From contig NC_043002.1 in the NCBI RefSeq assembly GCF_006345805.1, forward strand, positions 54,498,001 to 54,562,000: a stretch of DNA of 64,000 nucleotides, in the 5' to 3' direction. The position numbers and the translations under genes were made by a program. Under the pieces are notes generated by a model that saw only the letters and a list, made by a program, of their open reading frames with translations, ran no database searches and was not told the DNA's origin. The first letter of the stretch is position 1. Each line of letters begins with the position of its first letter. Below, in pieces: positions 11,716 to 24,499 of this stretch. Source of the DNA: Octopus sinensis. Lineage: Eukaryota.

Positions 11716-12696
11716 ATGCATGTATGCATGTAAGTATATATGTAATGTAAACATCTACTTATGTTTGCATACATTTATGTATGCATGCATTTATGTATGT
11801 GTGCATGTATGTATGAATCTTATTTCTATTTCTTTGAAATCTTCCTTTGCAGAAATAGCAGGTTTCTGATAGAAAGAAAAACAAAATAGAAGACAATAGC
11901 TCATTCTAATTCAGATACGAACAACAGTATAGAATTATATATTTTCGAAAATGTTTGCTTATTTTCTTTGTTCTCTTCACAGACTAGATTTACAGAATAC
12001 GATGTGAAATGTCTCCTTTTAGCCTGAAAACTTCAGATTTTTAAGATTATCAATTAGACATTAAGTAATATAACCAGCATTATGAGTGCAAAGGTGAACT
12101 AATAATCTGGTTGAAAGAAGTTGTCTTTAGGTTTCTAAGCAATTAACAGCAGCAAATATTCTCGTTTTTAATGTATGTATGTATGTATGTATGTATGTAT
12201 GTATGTATGTATGTATGTATGTATGTATGTATGTATGTATGTATATGTATGTATGTATGTATGTATGTATGCGTGTATGTATGTATGTATGTATATATAT
12301 ATATATATATGTGTGTGTGTATGTGTGTGTGTGTGTGTATGTATATGTGTGTATGTAATCGGAGTCATGCACGCGTGGAAGACGAATAGAAGGAAAGATG
12401 GATGGATGTTTTCATATATTCTTAATAATTATATAATTATAATGAGCTTATGTTTAGTCATGTTTCAGAAGTTATATCAAGTCATCGTGTGGCTTAATCT
12501 CTGTGATAATTTCCGGTATATCTTTGGGTTGTTGTACAATACCAGTATAAACGCGTTTCTTTGTATGTGTGTGTGTGTGTGTGTGCGTGCGTGCGCACGC
12601 GCTCGTGCCGATTGCCCTCGTATTATCATATCTGTATACATATAGGTACATATGCATACGTACATACATATAGGTATATATGCATACGTACATAAA

Positions 12697-12774
<78 letters not shown>

Positions 12775-12880
12775 TATACATATATGTATGTATATATATA
12801 TATATGTCTATATATACATGCATACATACATACGTATATACATATACATATATATATACAGACAGACAGACACAGACACA

Positions 12881-12928
<48 letters not shown>

Positions 12929-12958
12929 TTATTAAACTTTTAGAAGCAAACTGTTCAC

Positions 12959-12998
12959 AGCGACTTCGAAGTTTCGGATTCCTTACCTTCGTCAGACT
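12959..12998 (-). ncRNA. Minimal type-I hammerhead ribozyme motif (PLE type)
   Basis: Minus strand AGU-CUGACGA-A-GG(UAAGGAAU)CC-GAAAC-UUCGAA-GUC-GCU. The core is intact, the cleavage triplet is GUC, helix III is the palindrome ACUUCGAAGU and helix I has 3 bp. Confidence 0.7.
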
Positions 12999-13128
12999 TG
13001 TAATAGCTTAATAAATATATATTTGCTGAGAAATCCTTGATATTAACAAACATCAATACACGCACACACACACACATACATACATACATACATACATACA
13101 TACATACATACATACATACATACATACA

Positions 13129-13161
<33 letters not shown>

Positions 13162-13204
13162 GTGTGTATATGTATGTATGTATGTTACGCTATTCCATCG
13201 CCCT

Positions 13205-13345
13205 AGATTGGCACTTTTTTTTTATCGACCTTGGACGGATGAAAGGCAAAGTTGATTTCGGCGGGTCTTGAACTCAGGACATTAACTGTCTGAACAATAA
13301 CCGCATGACACTCCATTTAATGCTCTAACGACTGATAGTTGGTCG
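13205..13345 (-). mobile_element. Degenerate SINE family A
   Basis: TTATCGACC..GGATGAAAGGCAAAGT.GA is the reverse complement of the family A central domain. Confidence 0.7.
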
Positions 13346-14198
13346 CCTGTAAAGACACACACAGCACACACGCACACACACGCATGCACGCACGCGTACA
13401 CACATATATGTTAGTGCCAAAATGTGTGTGTGCGTGGGGAGGCTGTATGCGTGTATATATGTGTTTATGTGTACGTAAATGTGTGTAATTGTAGGAATTG
13501 GGTTATTTGTGTGTATATTTATTTAAAGATACTTATTTATATCTATCTGTCTTTCTGTATGGATATATATGGCTTTCTTTCTGTCTGCCTATCAGTATGT
13601 CTGCACGTATTTATGTATGTATACACAATATATGCGTGTGTATTCTAGTACCAGAATCCGATGGGCGCTAACAATTCTCTAGCGAACAATTCACGTTTCC
13701 AATTGTTTGTTTTGGCTTCAAGGAAAAACTCTGAATTCTGTTTTATTTCTGTATGAATTTACAAAGAGAACAAACATATCTATAAATTATATAATACACC
13801 AGTCAAAAAACAAACACCCTCCACCACAACTAAAAATAACAGAAAAAGTAACCCAAAATTCCATCAAAATGTCTCATATCTTATCTAAATAGTCGATCAA
13901 TATCTAAACTGTCTCCAGACGGGACTAATCGATAGAGCCTAATAATCAAAATTGCATCTCGTTTATACGCTGAACCAAATTAATCTCAATTGATTTAATA
14001 AACTGGAATTTTTCATGTCTTCGTTTACTGAAGCTCCCAGACCTCAGGAGTCAAAAGCTAATAAATTAGACGTATGGGCACAAGATGAAAAAGGAATCCA
14101 GGCGACTATCATACTAAATGACTCAGGTGTTATTTTTATGAATCTGTTTGTCACATAGAGGCAAGCGTAGCGAATACTAGATGGGGTATAAAAGCCAA

Positions 14199-14228
14199 AT
14201 GCTTAAATCAGTCATGAGCAAACGGCGG
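14199..14228 (+). mobile_element. Possible hAT (Charlie-like) terminal fragment
   Basis: CAGTCATGAGCAAACGGCGGCCCGCGGG resembles CAGG..GGCAAACTACGGCCCGCGGG termini. No partner end was found. Confidence 0.35.
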
Positions 14229-14334
14229 CCCGCGGGACTTTCTCAATGACACACCTAATAAATAAATTACTTTGAAATTTTTTAGTAGTGCGTCTGCTTC
14301 ATAATTAATGTCTCGTAGTCCACTTCTCAAAAAA

Positions 14335-14713
14335 TGAGCTTGCTTACGAACCACATCGTTCCGGGTTCAGTCTCATTGCGTGGCACCTTGGGCAAGTGTC
14401 TTCTACTATTGCCTCGGACCGACCAAAGCTTTGTGAGTGGATTTGGTACATGGAAATTGAAAGAAACCCGCCGTATATATGTATATATAAATGTATGTGT
14501 GTGTATAAGTTTGTGTGTCTGTGTTTGTCCCCCCAACATCGCTTGACAACCAGTACTGGTGTGTTTACGTCCCCGTAACTTAGCGGTTCGGCAAAAGAGA
14601 CCGATAGAATAAGTACAAAGAATAAGTCCTGGGGTCGATTTGCTCGACTAAAGGCGGTGTTCCAGCTTGGCCACAGTCAAATTACTGAAACAAGTAAAAG
14701 AGAGTAAAGAGTA
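14335..14713 (+). mobile_element. SINE family B (tRNA head + CORE-like domain + internal microsatellite)
   Basis: CCGGGTTCAGTC B-box-like motif, CORE-like GTGGCACCTTGGGCAAGTGTCTTCTACTAT, internal (TA)/(TG) tract, tail GTAAAAGAGAGTAAAGAGTA. Confidence 0.85.
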
Positions 14714-15789
14714 ATCATACTGAGGGTTGCATGTAAGTAGGAAATCCACGAGAAAATTTAGGGTTAGGGTTATGTATGGATGAGCTAGCATAGATGTTGG
14801 TATGGTTATATGGTTAAGGAGTTCCGGGATCTAAGCCATTGCGTGACATCTACGGTTTCTTTTGGTTGAACTAAATCATGTGAACGAAATTTAAAAGACA
14901 TAAACTATGCGTAGGTCCATTGAGAGACGTAATCTATCGCCTAGTTTAATAAGATTCATTTAGTTTTTTGGATGCCTTTAGTGGGGCCCATTCTGTTACA
15001 AGAATTCGGAGCAGAGTCCATCATCAAATTGCTTCGATTTGGTGGTAGTTTCTTGCCTTCTGCTCATCAATCGCAGAATTCCTGAAAATACTTATGGGCT
15101 TTGACTAAGTCATTAAAAATATGCAAAGGATAAAAATGAGTATTATAAAAGAAGGAGGAGGGTGAAGAGGATATAAAGGAAGAAGAAGAGGACCGAGAGG
15201 AGGAGAAAGAAGAGGTAAGAGTGTAGATAAGGAGGGAAGAAGAGAAAGAAGGGAGGAAGAAGAGGAAAGATGCTGTTGCTGTCCCCACCTTGGCCCTGCA
15301 GTAAGTCACTTTAATCCCTCAGAAAATCAATCCTCCTAAATCCCGAATAGATAGCAAATTGCTTACAGTCGTTAGAACGTAGGGCAAAATACTTTTCAGT
15401 GTTTGTTCTGGATAACTGCGCTCTCAGTTAAAATCCTTCTGATGTTAACAGCTATCCGTCTTTAAAGGGTCGATAAAATAAACTATTAATCCAAGATGGT
15501 GGATAGTCAGAGTTGTTAGAACGTCAAACAAGGTGTTTTGTTGTATTTGTTTCAGATCTGGGTTCTAGGGTGTTTTTGGAAAGTTGACTTAATGAGTCCC
15601 ATTGTTTAACATCAGCCCTCGTCCTTTGGTACCGTTATCTGTTGCAAGCATTCGGGGTTACATCCAGATTTCAAAATAAACTCTTCCTTTCTTCCCACCT
15701 GTTTCGAAAAACTTCAAAAAGAATTTAAAAAGCGTTATAGGATTTGTTCTTTCCTCTCTGACTAAACAGTAAAATAACAATAGTAAGAA

Positions 15790-15999
15790 TAATGATTTCA
15801 TGTTTTGGCACAAGGCCAGAAATTTCGAGGATGGGGCTAGTCGATTACATCAACACCAGTGTTCAACTAATACTTATTTTATCGACTCCGATAGGATGAA
15901 AAGTAAAGTCGACCTCGGCGAAATTTGAACTCAGAAAATAAAGACGGACGAAATGCCGCCAAGCATTTTGCCCAGTGTGGTAATGATTCTGCCAGCTCG
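15790..15999 (-). mobile_element. SINE family A, short-tail variant
   Basis: The reverse complement begins CGAGCTGGCAGAATC and contains GCCGAGGTCGACTTTACTTTTCATCC. Confidence 0.85.
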
Positions 16000-16006
16000 T
16001 ATAATA

Positions 16007-16029
<23 letters not shown>

Positions 16030-16039
<10 letters not shown>

Positions 16040-16388
16040 CAACAAAAAGAGTGCTCAGAGAGCGCAGGCCTCCGTCAAGGCAACACCAACGTCCTCTCAA
16101 CGATTAGCCAGAGATGATTTTTAGAATGAGAATATCTGAAATAAACTCGACTGCTCTCACAAACGAGAATACTAAAAATGAACCCGACCGCTCTCAAAAA
16201 TTAAGTAGAAAAAAAAACGGAAAAATAATCCAGAATCTTTGTCCCCAAATCTAGCCAGTTCATGCCAGTCACGAGGCTAAACATCCCTGAAAGTTTCATC
16301 TGAATCCATCTAGTGGTTCTTGAGATTTCTTCTCCACGGAACATACAAACAAACAAACGAACACGACTGAAAACAATACCTCCGCAAT
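16030..16388 (+). mobile_element. Non-autonomous element resembling Helentron-associated (HINE/DINE-1-like) repeats
   Basis: AAGTTTCATCTGAATCCATCTAGTGGTTCTTGAGAT, then (ACAA)n, then GAAAACAATACCTCC, an architecture like DINE-1/HINE elements. Partial copy at 6012-6195. Confidence 0.45.
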
Positions 16389-16401
16389 AGTAATAATAAT
16401 A

Positions 16402-16461
<60 letters not shown>

Positions 16462-16464
<3 letters not shown>

Positions 16465-16810
16465 TCCTTTCTACTAAAGGCACACGACGTGAAATTTTGA
16501 GGGAAGGGTTAAGTCGGTCATATCAACCCCAGTGCGCACTAGAACTTAATTTATCGATCCCAAAAGGATGAAAAAAAGTCGACATCAGCGGAATTTGAAC
16601 TCAGAAAAATCTACTATATAGACACAAAGCCTGAAATTTTAGAGAATGGGAATAATCGCTTATATCGATCCCAGTAATCAACTGGTACTTTATTTTATGC
16701 GCCCCGAAAGGATGGACAAATTTTATTCACCCCGAAAGGATGGCAGGCAAATTCGACCTGAACTGAGAACGAAAAAAGCCAGAAGAAATGCTGCAATGCT
16801 TCAGATGCGG
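16462..16810 (-). mobile_element. Two tandem degenerate SINE family A copies
   Basis: Two repeats of GGCACA..CCTGAAATTTT..GAT..CCCAGT..GGATG on the plus strand. Confidence 0.7.
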
Positions 16811-19129
16811 CAACGAAAACCATTTCTCGCTCACGTTTTTCCTCGTTTGACCGCGTCGCCGATCAGTCTGGAATTGTCTATGAAGGTAGAAGACACAGAT
16901 CTTTTTCCTTGATTAAACACATAAAAAATTTCCAAGAAACCAACATATAATTGGTGAGGAGTTGCTTGAGCCAGGGACTAGGCTTTCTCGATACGGTGAC
17001 ATGGTTTCTCGATACGGTGACATGTTTCTGTTCTGGTTGTAAGCTAATCAACACCAAATACGTTGGTATTGCTTTGAGGACAGCGACGCCATGACACTTA
17101 ATTTCTCATCCCATTTATATGTTCAAAATTTGAATGTTGTCAAATCATACCAATTACAGAGGCATAGATCTCATATTTTCCATCCCCACCCCACATGTAT
17201 GTATGTATACAGAGAGACATAGGTAGATAGACGTCGGGCAGAGTGATATATATTCATAGATATGTAGATGTGAATGTGTACGAGAGAAGGAAAAAGAAAG
17301 GAAAAAAGAAAAAGATAGGAATAAAGAAAACAGAACAAAAGAACGAAGGGAGACAATCAAGCCATTGAAACTTGTTAGCACAATTGTAATTTTATGTAAT
17401 ATTATTTTGATTCTCAGTTTACTAAGAACAAAGAAGAACTCTTACGTCAATTTACAAAAAATATAAAATATATTAAGAAAAAAACTTAGGACCAACAATA
17501 GCAGTAAAAGATAACTCATTCACAGAATTTTTTTCTCTCTCAAATTTAAAATTATAAAACATTTTAGTAAGCAGTATGTGTTTTTTAAATAGTATTTTTC
17601 ATTGGAAATTGCATTATTGATTGCCAGACACGAAGTCTGTAACAATGAAAGATGAGAAAGAAAAGCTTTCACAATGAGTTGTAGAGTAAGAAGCAACTTT
17701 ACAGCGACTCAACTTCGTGATTTGGTTTTTATGCGTCTCACTTTAATTACGTCACAAATGCTTTTCAAAAGAGCATGAGCATCACTTCGTTAACATCTGT
17801 CTCACCACACCCTACTATTAAAGACACAAACAAAATTACTGACTTCATGTGATTATCAAAGAAATACAAAAGTAGTGGAAATACACAAGTAAATAAATAG
17901 TTTCTGTTTCGTTTCATTCCATGATAATGTCGGTGCTAACATATTTCATGCAGTGAGCCCCCAGTTTTTTAAAGTTCAAAACTACACTCTTAATTTACAT
18001 ACATAGGGAGAGAAAACGATCTGATTTTTCTTTGCTGGTTAAAGACAACTCTGGGCGTGTGTTTCGATATATTTTATTTCGCCAGCACACTACAGTCTAC
18101 TCAAGTCTATAAATCAGTGGTTAGAATTTTCACACATTAAAAACATCCATGTATATATTTTGGTCTAGAATAAATTGCATAACTGATATTAAAAAGAACT
18201 AAAGGAAAATAAATCAAGTGACCAATGGCATTAATTTAGTTAATTCTGTTGAGGGGCAATATAAGGAATGCAGCGCGTTATAAATTCCTAAGTTATTGAA
18301 ATATCTTTCCAAGATACAGAAAGATTAAAATGTAGTTGTAATTGCTAGCGACTCTGTAGGGAAAGGAGATATAATTTTTAGAAATAAAGAATTAATTTCT
18401 GAAATTAAACTTACATACTTAGGTAAAGAATACAGTCTAATGTTTGTTTGCTGGCAAAGGACAACTATGGACATGTTTCGATCTATTTTATTCGTCAGCA
18501 TAGAAAAGTGTAGTCGACCCAGTAGATTAATGTGAATGGGTTAGTAAGTGTGTATGTGTGTGGTGTATGTGTGTATACATACTTATATGTATGTATATGT
18601 ATGTGTGTGTGTGGTGGGGGTATGTATGTGTGTATAATATATGTATAATACATATAATATATATCATGTTTAGGATAATTATATCCTAAGAGCAAAAATA
18701 ATGATTCATGTAAAATGCATGAGGCAAGCTCTGCTTTATCCCCGTAGGAAGCAATTGGAACATAACATTATAAGCTGTATTTTAGAAAAATAATTCTTTT
18801 ATCAATCCTTGAACAAGCAAAATGTTTGGTTGATGAAGCAAATTACATAACTAAATCATATAATTAATAAGATGAAAATGAAAAAAGTAAATAAATAAAC
18901 GTTATTGCATTGAATTTTTCGTCATTACTTCAATATGTTCCTACTGTGATAGAAATAAAAGAGACGCGAAATACATTTGAATATAAGAGAGAAACTGAAA
19001 CTTGTCATTTATGAGTAAAAAAATTCATCGAATAATAATATAATTTGAACAATTGCTATTTATATCATTGAAGACATTATCATGACGGTATCAAAATAAA
19101 GCTAGGGATAGATTCCTAGATTCAGTAGA

Positions 19130-19540
19130 GCCGCTGACAAAAGACTCTGTAGTATTTAATTACGGATCATTATGTCTTGATTTAGGATCCTTTCAAGGTG
19201 AACTTTGGCTTTCATCCTTCTATGGTCGATAAAATAAAGTACAGCTAAGTAATGGGTCAATTTAATCGACAACTCCTCTCTTCCGAATGTTGAGGTCATG
19301 TATCTCTATTAAAAATCAATATTGCTTCTACTGCTAGCGGTGGATTCGCTAGATTCGTGCAGCATTGGACAAACTATCTTGTAGAATTTAGTTAGGTGTC
19401 TTTACGTTCTGAGTCTGAATTCCTCTAAAGTTTACTTTGTCTTTCATTCTTTTGGTGTCGATAAAATAAGTATCAACCAGAAACTTGGTCGATCATAATC
19501 GGTTATAGCCTTTCCAAAAATGTGTACTTATGTTAGAAAT
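19130..19540 (+). mobile_element. Two old SINE family A relics
   Basis: GGCTTTCATCCTTCTATGGTCGATAAAATAAAGTAC near 19208 and GTCTTTCATTCTTTTGGTGTCGATAAAATAAGTATC near 19440. Confidence 0.6.
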
Positions 19541-21252
19541 AAATATTGCTTCAATCGATGATAAATTACTTTGGAGATGTTTTCACAAAAGAAAAAAGAT
19601 TTATTTTTAACAAAACACTGATGAAGAAGTCTATTTAATCTATGCTATTTAAAAAAAATTACTGAGAGCAAGAATAAAGCTCAAGTTTATAGAGGAAGGG
19701 GAAATATCCTTTCCACCATCGATCTCCTTGAAAGAGAATGAAACTTTCACAATCTCATTCGCCCACTCTATGAATTTTCCAATTAACCCTTTGCCAGTCC
19801 TGTACATCACATATAATACATAGGACATATTTCCCTCGAGTCTATGCATCATATATGATACATATTCCCAATTTTTTTTTCAACAACCAGAATAACTTGG
19901 GATTTATGAAAGGAAAGCTTTATATCATTTAGAACGTATAGGACAAGGGCTAATTAAATATCTGAAAACAATCATGGACGTTTAGGACCAGCTTATGAAA
20001 ATGCTTTGGACAGGCAAAATGTTTAAAAGAAATCAACATTTAAATTCGAAAGAAAGAAACAGGGAGTTTACTCTCTAAGCTGAATGCAGATGTTAAATGT
20101 AACCCTATAAACACTTATATGTACTGCCCTTTTATTTCCACTGACTCAATCATAACATTTAAAAACAAATCTTGATCATTGAAGGCAATAAAGCAGGCGA
20201 CTTGCTACCAATCGTTCCATCTGAGACAGGCGTACACTGTTTGCATAATGAACATCGTGGTTGTAATAAGAGCATTTTCCTCCATCTTTGCAGGCAACAC
20301 ACCAATTCATTTTTTGCATGCGTGACATTCTATTCTATTAGGAAATGAAAGCCGAACTAGTAAAAATATCTTAATGAGACAAGAATTACTGAGGGGATTT
20401 TTTTTCACGTACAAGATCTTTAGAGTTTTCAGTGAGTGTTAAACAAGTTATAAATCAAAATGCTTTGGGGGTAGAGAGAATAAGGGCGGTGAGATATATC
20501 TGAAGGTTGCTGTTGTTTATCAAAGAATATATTTCAGGGATTACAGTTTACATGTTTTTATAAATTGAACCTCAGCCACATTAAAAAATTCCTCGAAGAC
20601 ATATACAATACGCACAGGTATTTGTTGATTGTTTAATTTCATGTCATCTTCGATCCAGTAGAATACTGATCAAAGGCATTTTAACATTCAGCCATACTGC
20701 ATCTGAGACTATATCAACCAGCGTATCTTTCCCCGCTTTTTTTAAAGATATAAAAATGTATGATTGATTTCAAGACGATTTTAATACTATTTCTAAGAGA
20801 TCGAGCAACCAAGTAAAGCTGTTTCGTTTGGCTTGTGTTGTACATGGGTTAATCTAATAGATGTAACCTTCCTATTTGAAGATACCGTAATGGGAACATG
20901 AGCGGTAACATAAAACTAAGTTAACAACAGCAGCAAAAATAAACAGAAAATATAACAAAAATCAAGCAAATACATAAATAAAAACAAAAAGAAGAAATGA
21001 AATAAGGAAAATCAGAGAAAGCGCATTGGTTCGTTGTATTATAATTAAGTTACGACTCCAAGAGATGGGGAATAAATATAAAAGATAACGAACTATTGTT
21101 AAGAGGGCCAGTCTAGGTTAATAGACAATTTATCAATAATGATGAAAGCGTTTGGGTAGAATTCATCCAATTACATCTCTGCGAAGGCTGCAAGTTATAT
21201 CGGAGTTATGAAAGAGAAAAAAGCGTTTGGGGTTATTTTTAGCTGCTAAGTA

Positions 21253-21322
<70 letters not shown>

Positions 21323-21426
21323 TGTGTGTGTGTGTGCGTATGTATATATGTGTGTATATATATTTTTATATATATGTATATATATATATATTTATATATA
21401 TATATATGTATGTATATATATATATG

Positions 21427-21470
<44 letters not shown>

Positions 21471-21559
21471 CATACATACTCAACGTTGTTCAATACCCTA
21501 CTGTGCTTCAAAGTATATCTATAGATTTTAGCTTACACTGTATATAACTTAGAAATAAA

Positions 21560-21735
21560 CATCTTATCACTGCTCGATAACAAGTGTTGGTGTGTTTACG
21601 TTCCCATAATCAAGAGAGTTCGGCAAAAGAGAGCAATTGAATAAGTTCCCAGGTTAAAAAAAACCATACTGGGATCGATTCGTTCGACTAAAATTTCTTC
21701 AAGCCAGTGCCCCAACACGACCCACAGTCTAATAC
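21560..21735 (+). mobile_element. 3' half of SINE family B
   Basis: TGTTGGTGTGTTTACGT.CC..TAA..AGAGTTCGGCAAAAGAGA matches the intact copies. Confidence 0.7.
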
Positions 21736-21758
21736 GGATGTGTGTATGTATGTGTGTG

Positions 21759-21789
<31 letters not shown>

Positions 21790-22424
21790 CGTACATATAC
21801 ACATACATGCATATCGGTTTGCTCAATTTAATCCACAACAGTGAGTCCAAAAAAATATATTTTGTTTCGTCCAAAGGCCTCATAAGTAAATAAAATTGTT
21901 GCGTAGTACAGATAGTTATGTAGAGAACTAGGTAGAAAGATAGATATATATAAGTAAACAAAGAAAAAAAGAATACATCAAAGGTAGGCTGTTAAGGCAA
22001 AACGATCACCTCTAAACTTAATGTTGATCACAGAACTGACCCCTTGTACTCATCTCAAATGTTCTTTACATTTAAGGACCATATAGCTAACATGACATTG
22101 AAGACGACCAAAGGAACAAAATCGAACATTTGAAGCATCGATATTCGAGCGGATTCTTCCAAAGGAAAAACGAACTTCATCTTTGTACTTATGGGGCAAT
22201 TAATCACGCAGTCATCGAATGGTTCAAATTATAACCTTACAAACGCAGCTCCGAGTCCGTCCAGTTTTATGTCAACAACTATTACCAATCAGTCACAAAA
22301 CTCACATCCCTTAATGCTTTTAATTTCGTAAGAATCATCACTCCCATCTCAGACGAGGAATTTAAAATTTTCCTCCTTGCACAATAAACTTTCATTACGC
22401 ATGATACTTCGCTCTTTATTAACA

Positions 22425-23480
22425 AGTCACCATCCCCGCCTTTCAACGTCAACTAGATGCCGTTGGAACCCTTTTCAGCTGCTTCCCCTATTACCTTAAG
22501 AGATCTCTTTTTCCTAGAAATTGAGAGCCGCTTTATGGGATCGTAGGCAGATTTGCTCAAAAACCGCATCGCCCTCACTTTTATAGCAAGGACTTTGGCT
22601 CAGAAGCCAGTTTCTCAATATGTGATGGCTAAACTGCCTATTCCCATAGTTTTTAGTCTCGTAAATTGGGTTTCATTCATTCTGTTTTTATATGACACTG
22701 AGTTTGATCAGAAACATTTGTAGAAAGTGAGCTGGATACAATATCTGATCTCATACCACATTTGTTGATGATATCTAAGTGATTTTCCATCCAGAAAGGT
22801 CTGCAGTAGACTCTGCTCCCACGATTCAATTGGCACAGTTGTTCCAGTTTACAATCTTTTCCACTTGCCGCGTAGAACACTGGTGGAGCTTCTGATGATG
22901 TCGTCTTCTTTCTCGTGGTACAAATCACTTGTAAGCCATCTTTAAGTACTTGATTCTGCCTCTATGTGTATCTCCCCTGGGCTTGCGTCACATTGCGAGA
23001 ACTCAGATGTTCTACTGTTTCTTTGCTTTGACGGAGTAGATATGCACAGTAGAGTAGGTACATCCCCAGGTTTGTATTTGAGGGTAGGAGGTCTTATACA
23101 GACCTGGAGATGAAGCTGACTCTGGGAGGAGCTATTTGTCATATGTCATTCCATCTGAGACTTCTTTGGAGTACATTCTTCCACGTTGTCCATTGTCCTC
23201 TTGGCCCAGCTGGACTAACTTCTTGATTCTCTTGGCATCCTCTGCTCCCTTCACTTTATATATTACTACTTTTCTTTTTGATTTACTTTTGCTTTGACCG
23301 TCATTCAATTGAGCGTGGTCCCTGACTATTAGTCTGTGTGTTTCCAGTTATTTCCGTAAATAGAAGACTCTCCTTTGCTGCATCCACTTCTTTCTGAACC
23401 TTCCATTTTCTGCCATTTCTCAGCTTGGGCTGGAGTGATCTCACAACCTTATCACCGGTTTCCTCAATCATAAGAATACT
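22425..23480 (-). mobile_element. HERO-like (R2 group, restriction-like endonuclease) non-LTR retrotransposon relic
   Basis: Minus frames give GRKWKVQKEVDAAKESL, WNDI*QIAPPRVSF..DLLPSN, QGRYT*RQNQVL (consensus GRYTWRHNQVL) and IGEAAEKGS. There are many stops. Confidence 0.8.
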
Positions 23481-24499
23481 TATATAAGTCCGAGTCAGTT
23501 TATAAGTATACGGCAGTTCTGTGTGCGAATGTATCCTTGTCAACAATTGCCATTTCTACCTCTCCTCTCCCTCTCAACACATTCTTTATCACCATCAACT
23601 CACATGCCATCGCCTTCGCCTCTCCAACCAAGGCCTACATGTCCATTCTCACCTCCATCACCGTCATTATTACCTAATACATTGTCATTCACCGCACCGA
23701 CACCAGACACTTCTCACAAACTTCTTATATTACGATCACGTCTAGTATCTATGATGCTTTCACCACCGTCTTCGATGCCACTTACCATCATTTTCGATAC
23801 CATGTTTTGTCTATATATCTTTCTACCTAGTTCTTCGTTTTACTAGTTGCACCACGCATCATTTTCGATCCTTGACGAGGACTTCTGGCGAAACAAATAT
23901 ATTTTGTGAGATTCGCGGTTACGGATTAAATTTATTGACACTCAGACTTCTCACTTTGAGTTCCTTATTCTCAGTGGCTTGACCATGTTCCTATGAACTT
24001 GTAACTGCCAAAAACTTAATGTGTGTGTGTGTGTGAGTGTGTGTGTGTGTGTGAGAGTGTGTGTGTGTGTGTGTTAGTGTGTGTGTATGTGTGTATGTGT
24101 GTGTGTGAGCGTGTGTGTATGCGTGCGTGTGTGTATCGATCAGGTGATCGTAGTAATACACAATAAGAAACAATCAGCGTATAAACTACATGGTAAACTC
24201 GATTAAGATCACTGAAGTCGCATGTAATAAAAGCCTTTGTATTTTCCCTTATAAACTACAATAAACGACTTTTTAATACGATTAAGTGAAACCCTTTGTC
24301 TATTTGAAACTCAACCAAACATGATAAGCGCCCACTTGATGGTAAATATCTTCAGTGTACTGTTCTAAAATACACACGCACAATAATTCTAAGCAAAAGT
24401 CGGATTAATCAGACGCATTTTATTAGCTCAGACATTCATTTATTAAGTAGAAATTCTCCATGTAATTAAGTTAACCAATTTTTTTTTTGGTGGGGGGAG

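Noticed and set aside
19740-19801. In-frame TGA in DWQRVNWKIHRVGE*DCESF as selenocysteine
   Set aside because: There is no selenoprotein motif, no SECIS was identified, and exon status is unproven.
23868-23915. Hammerhead-like TTGACGAGGACTTCTGGCGAAAC
   Set aside because: The core has an extra base, the cleavage position is G and helix I is poor. At best it is a decayed PLE end.
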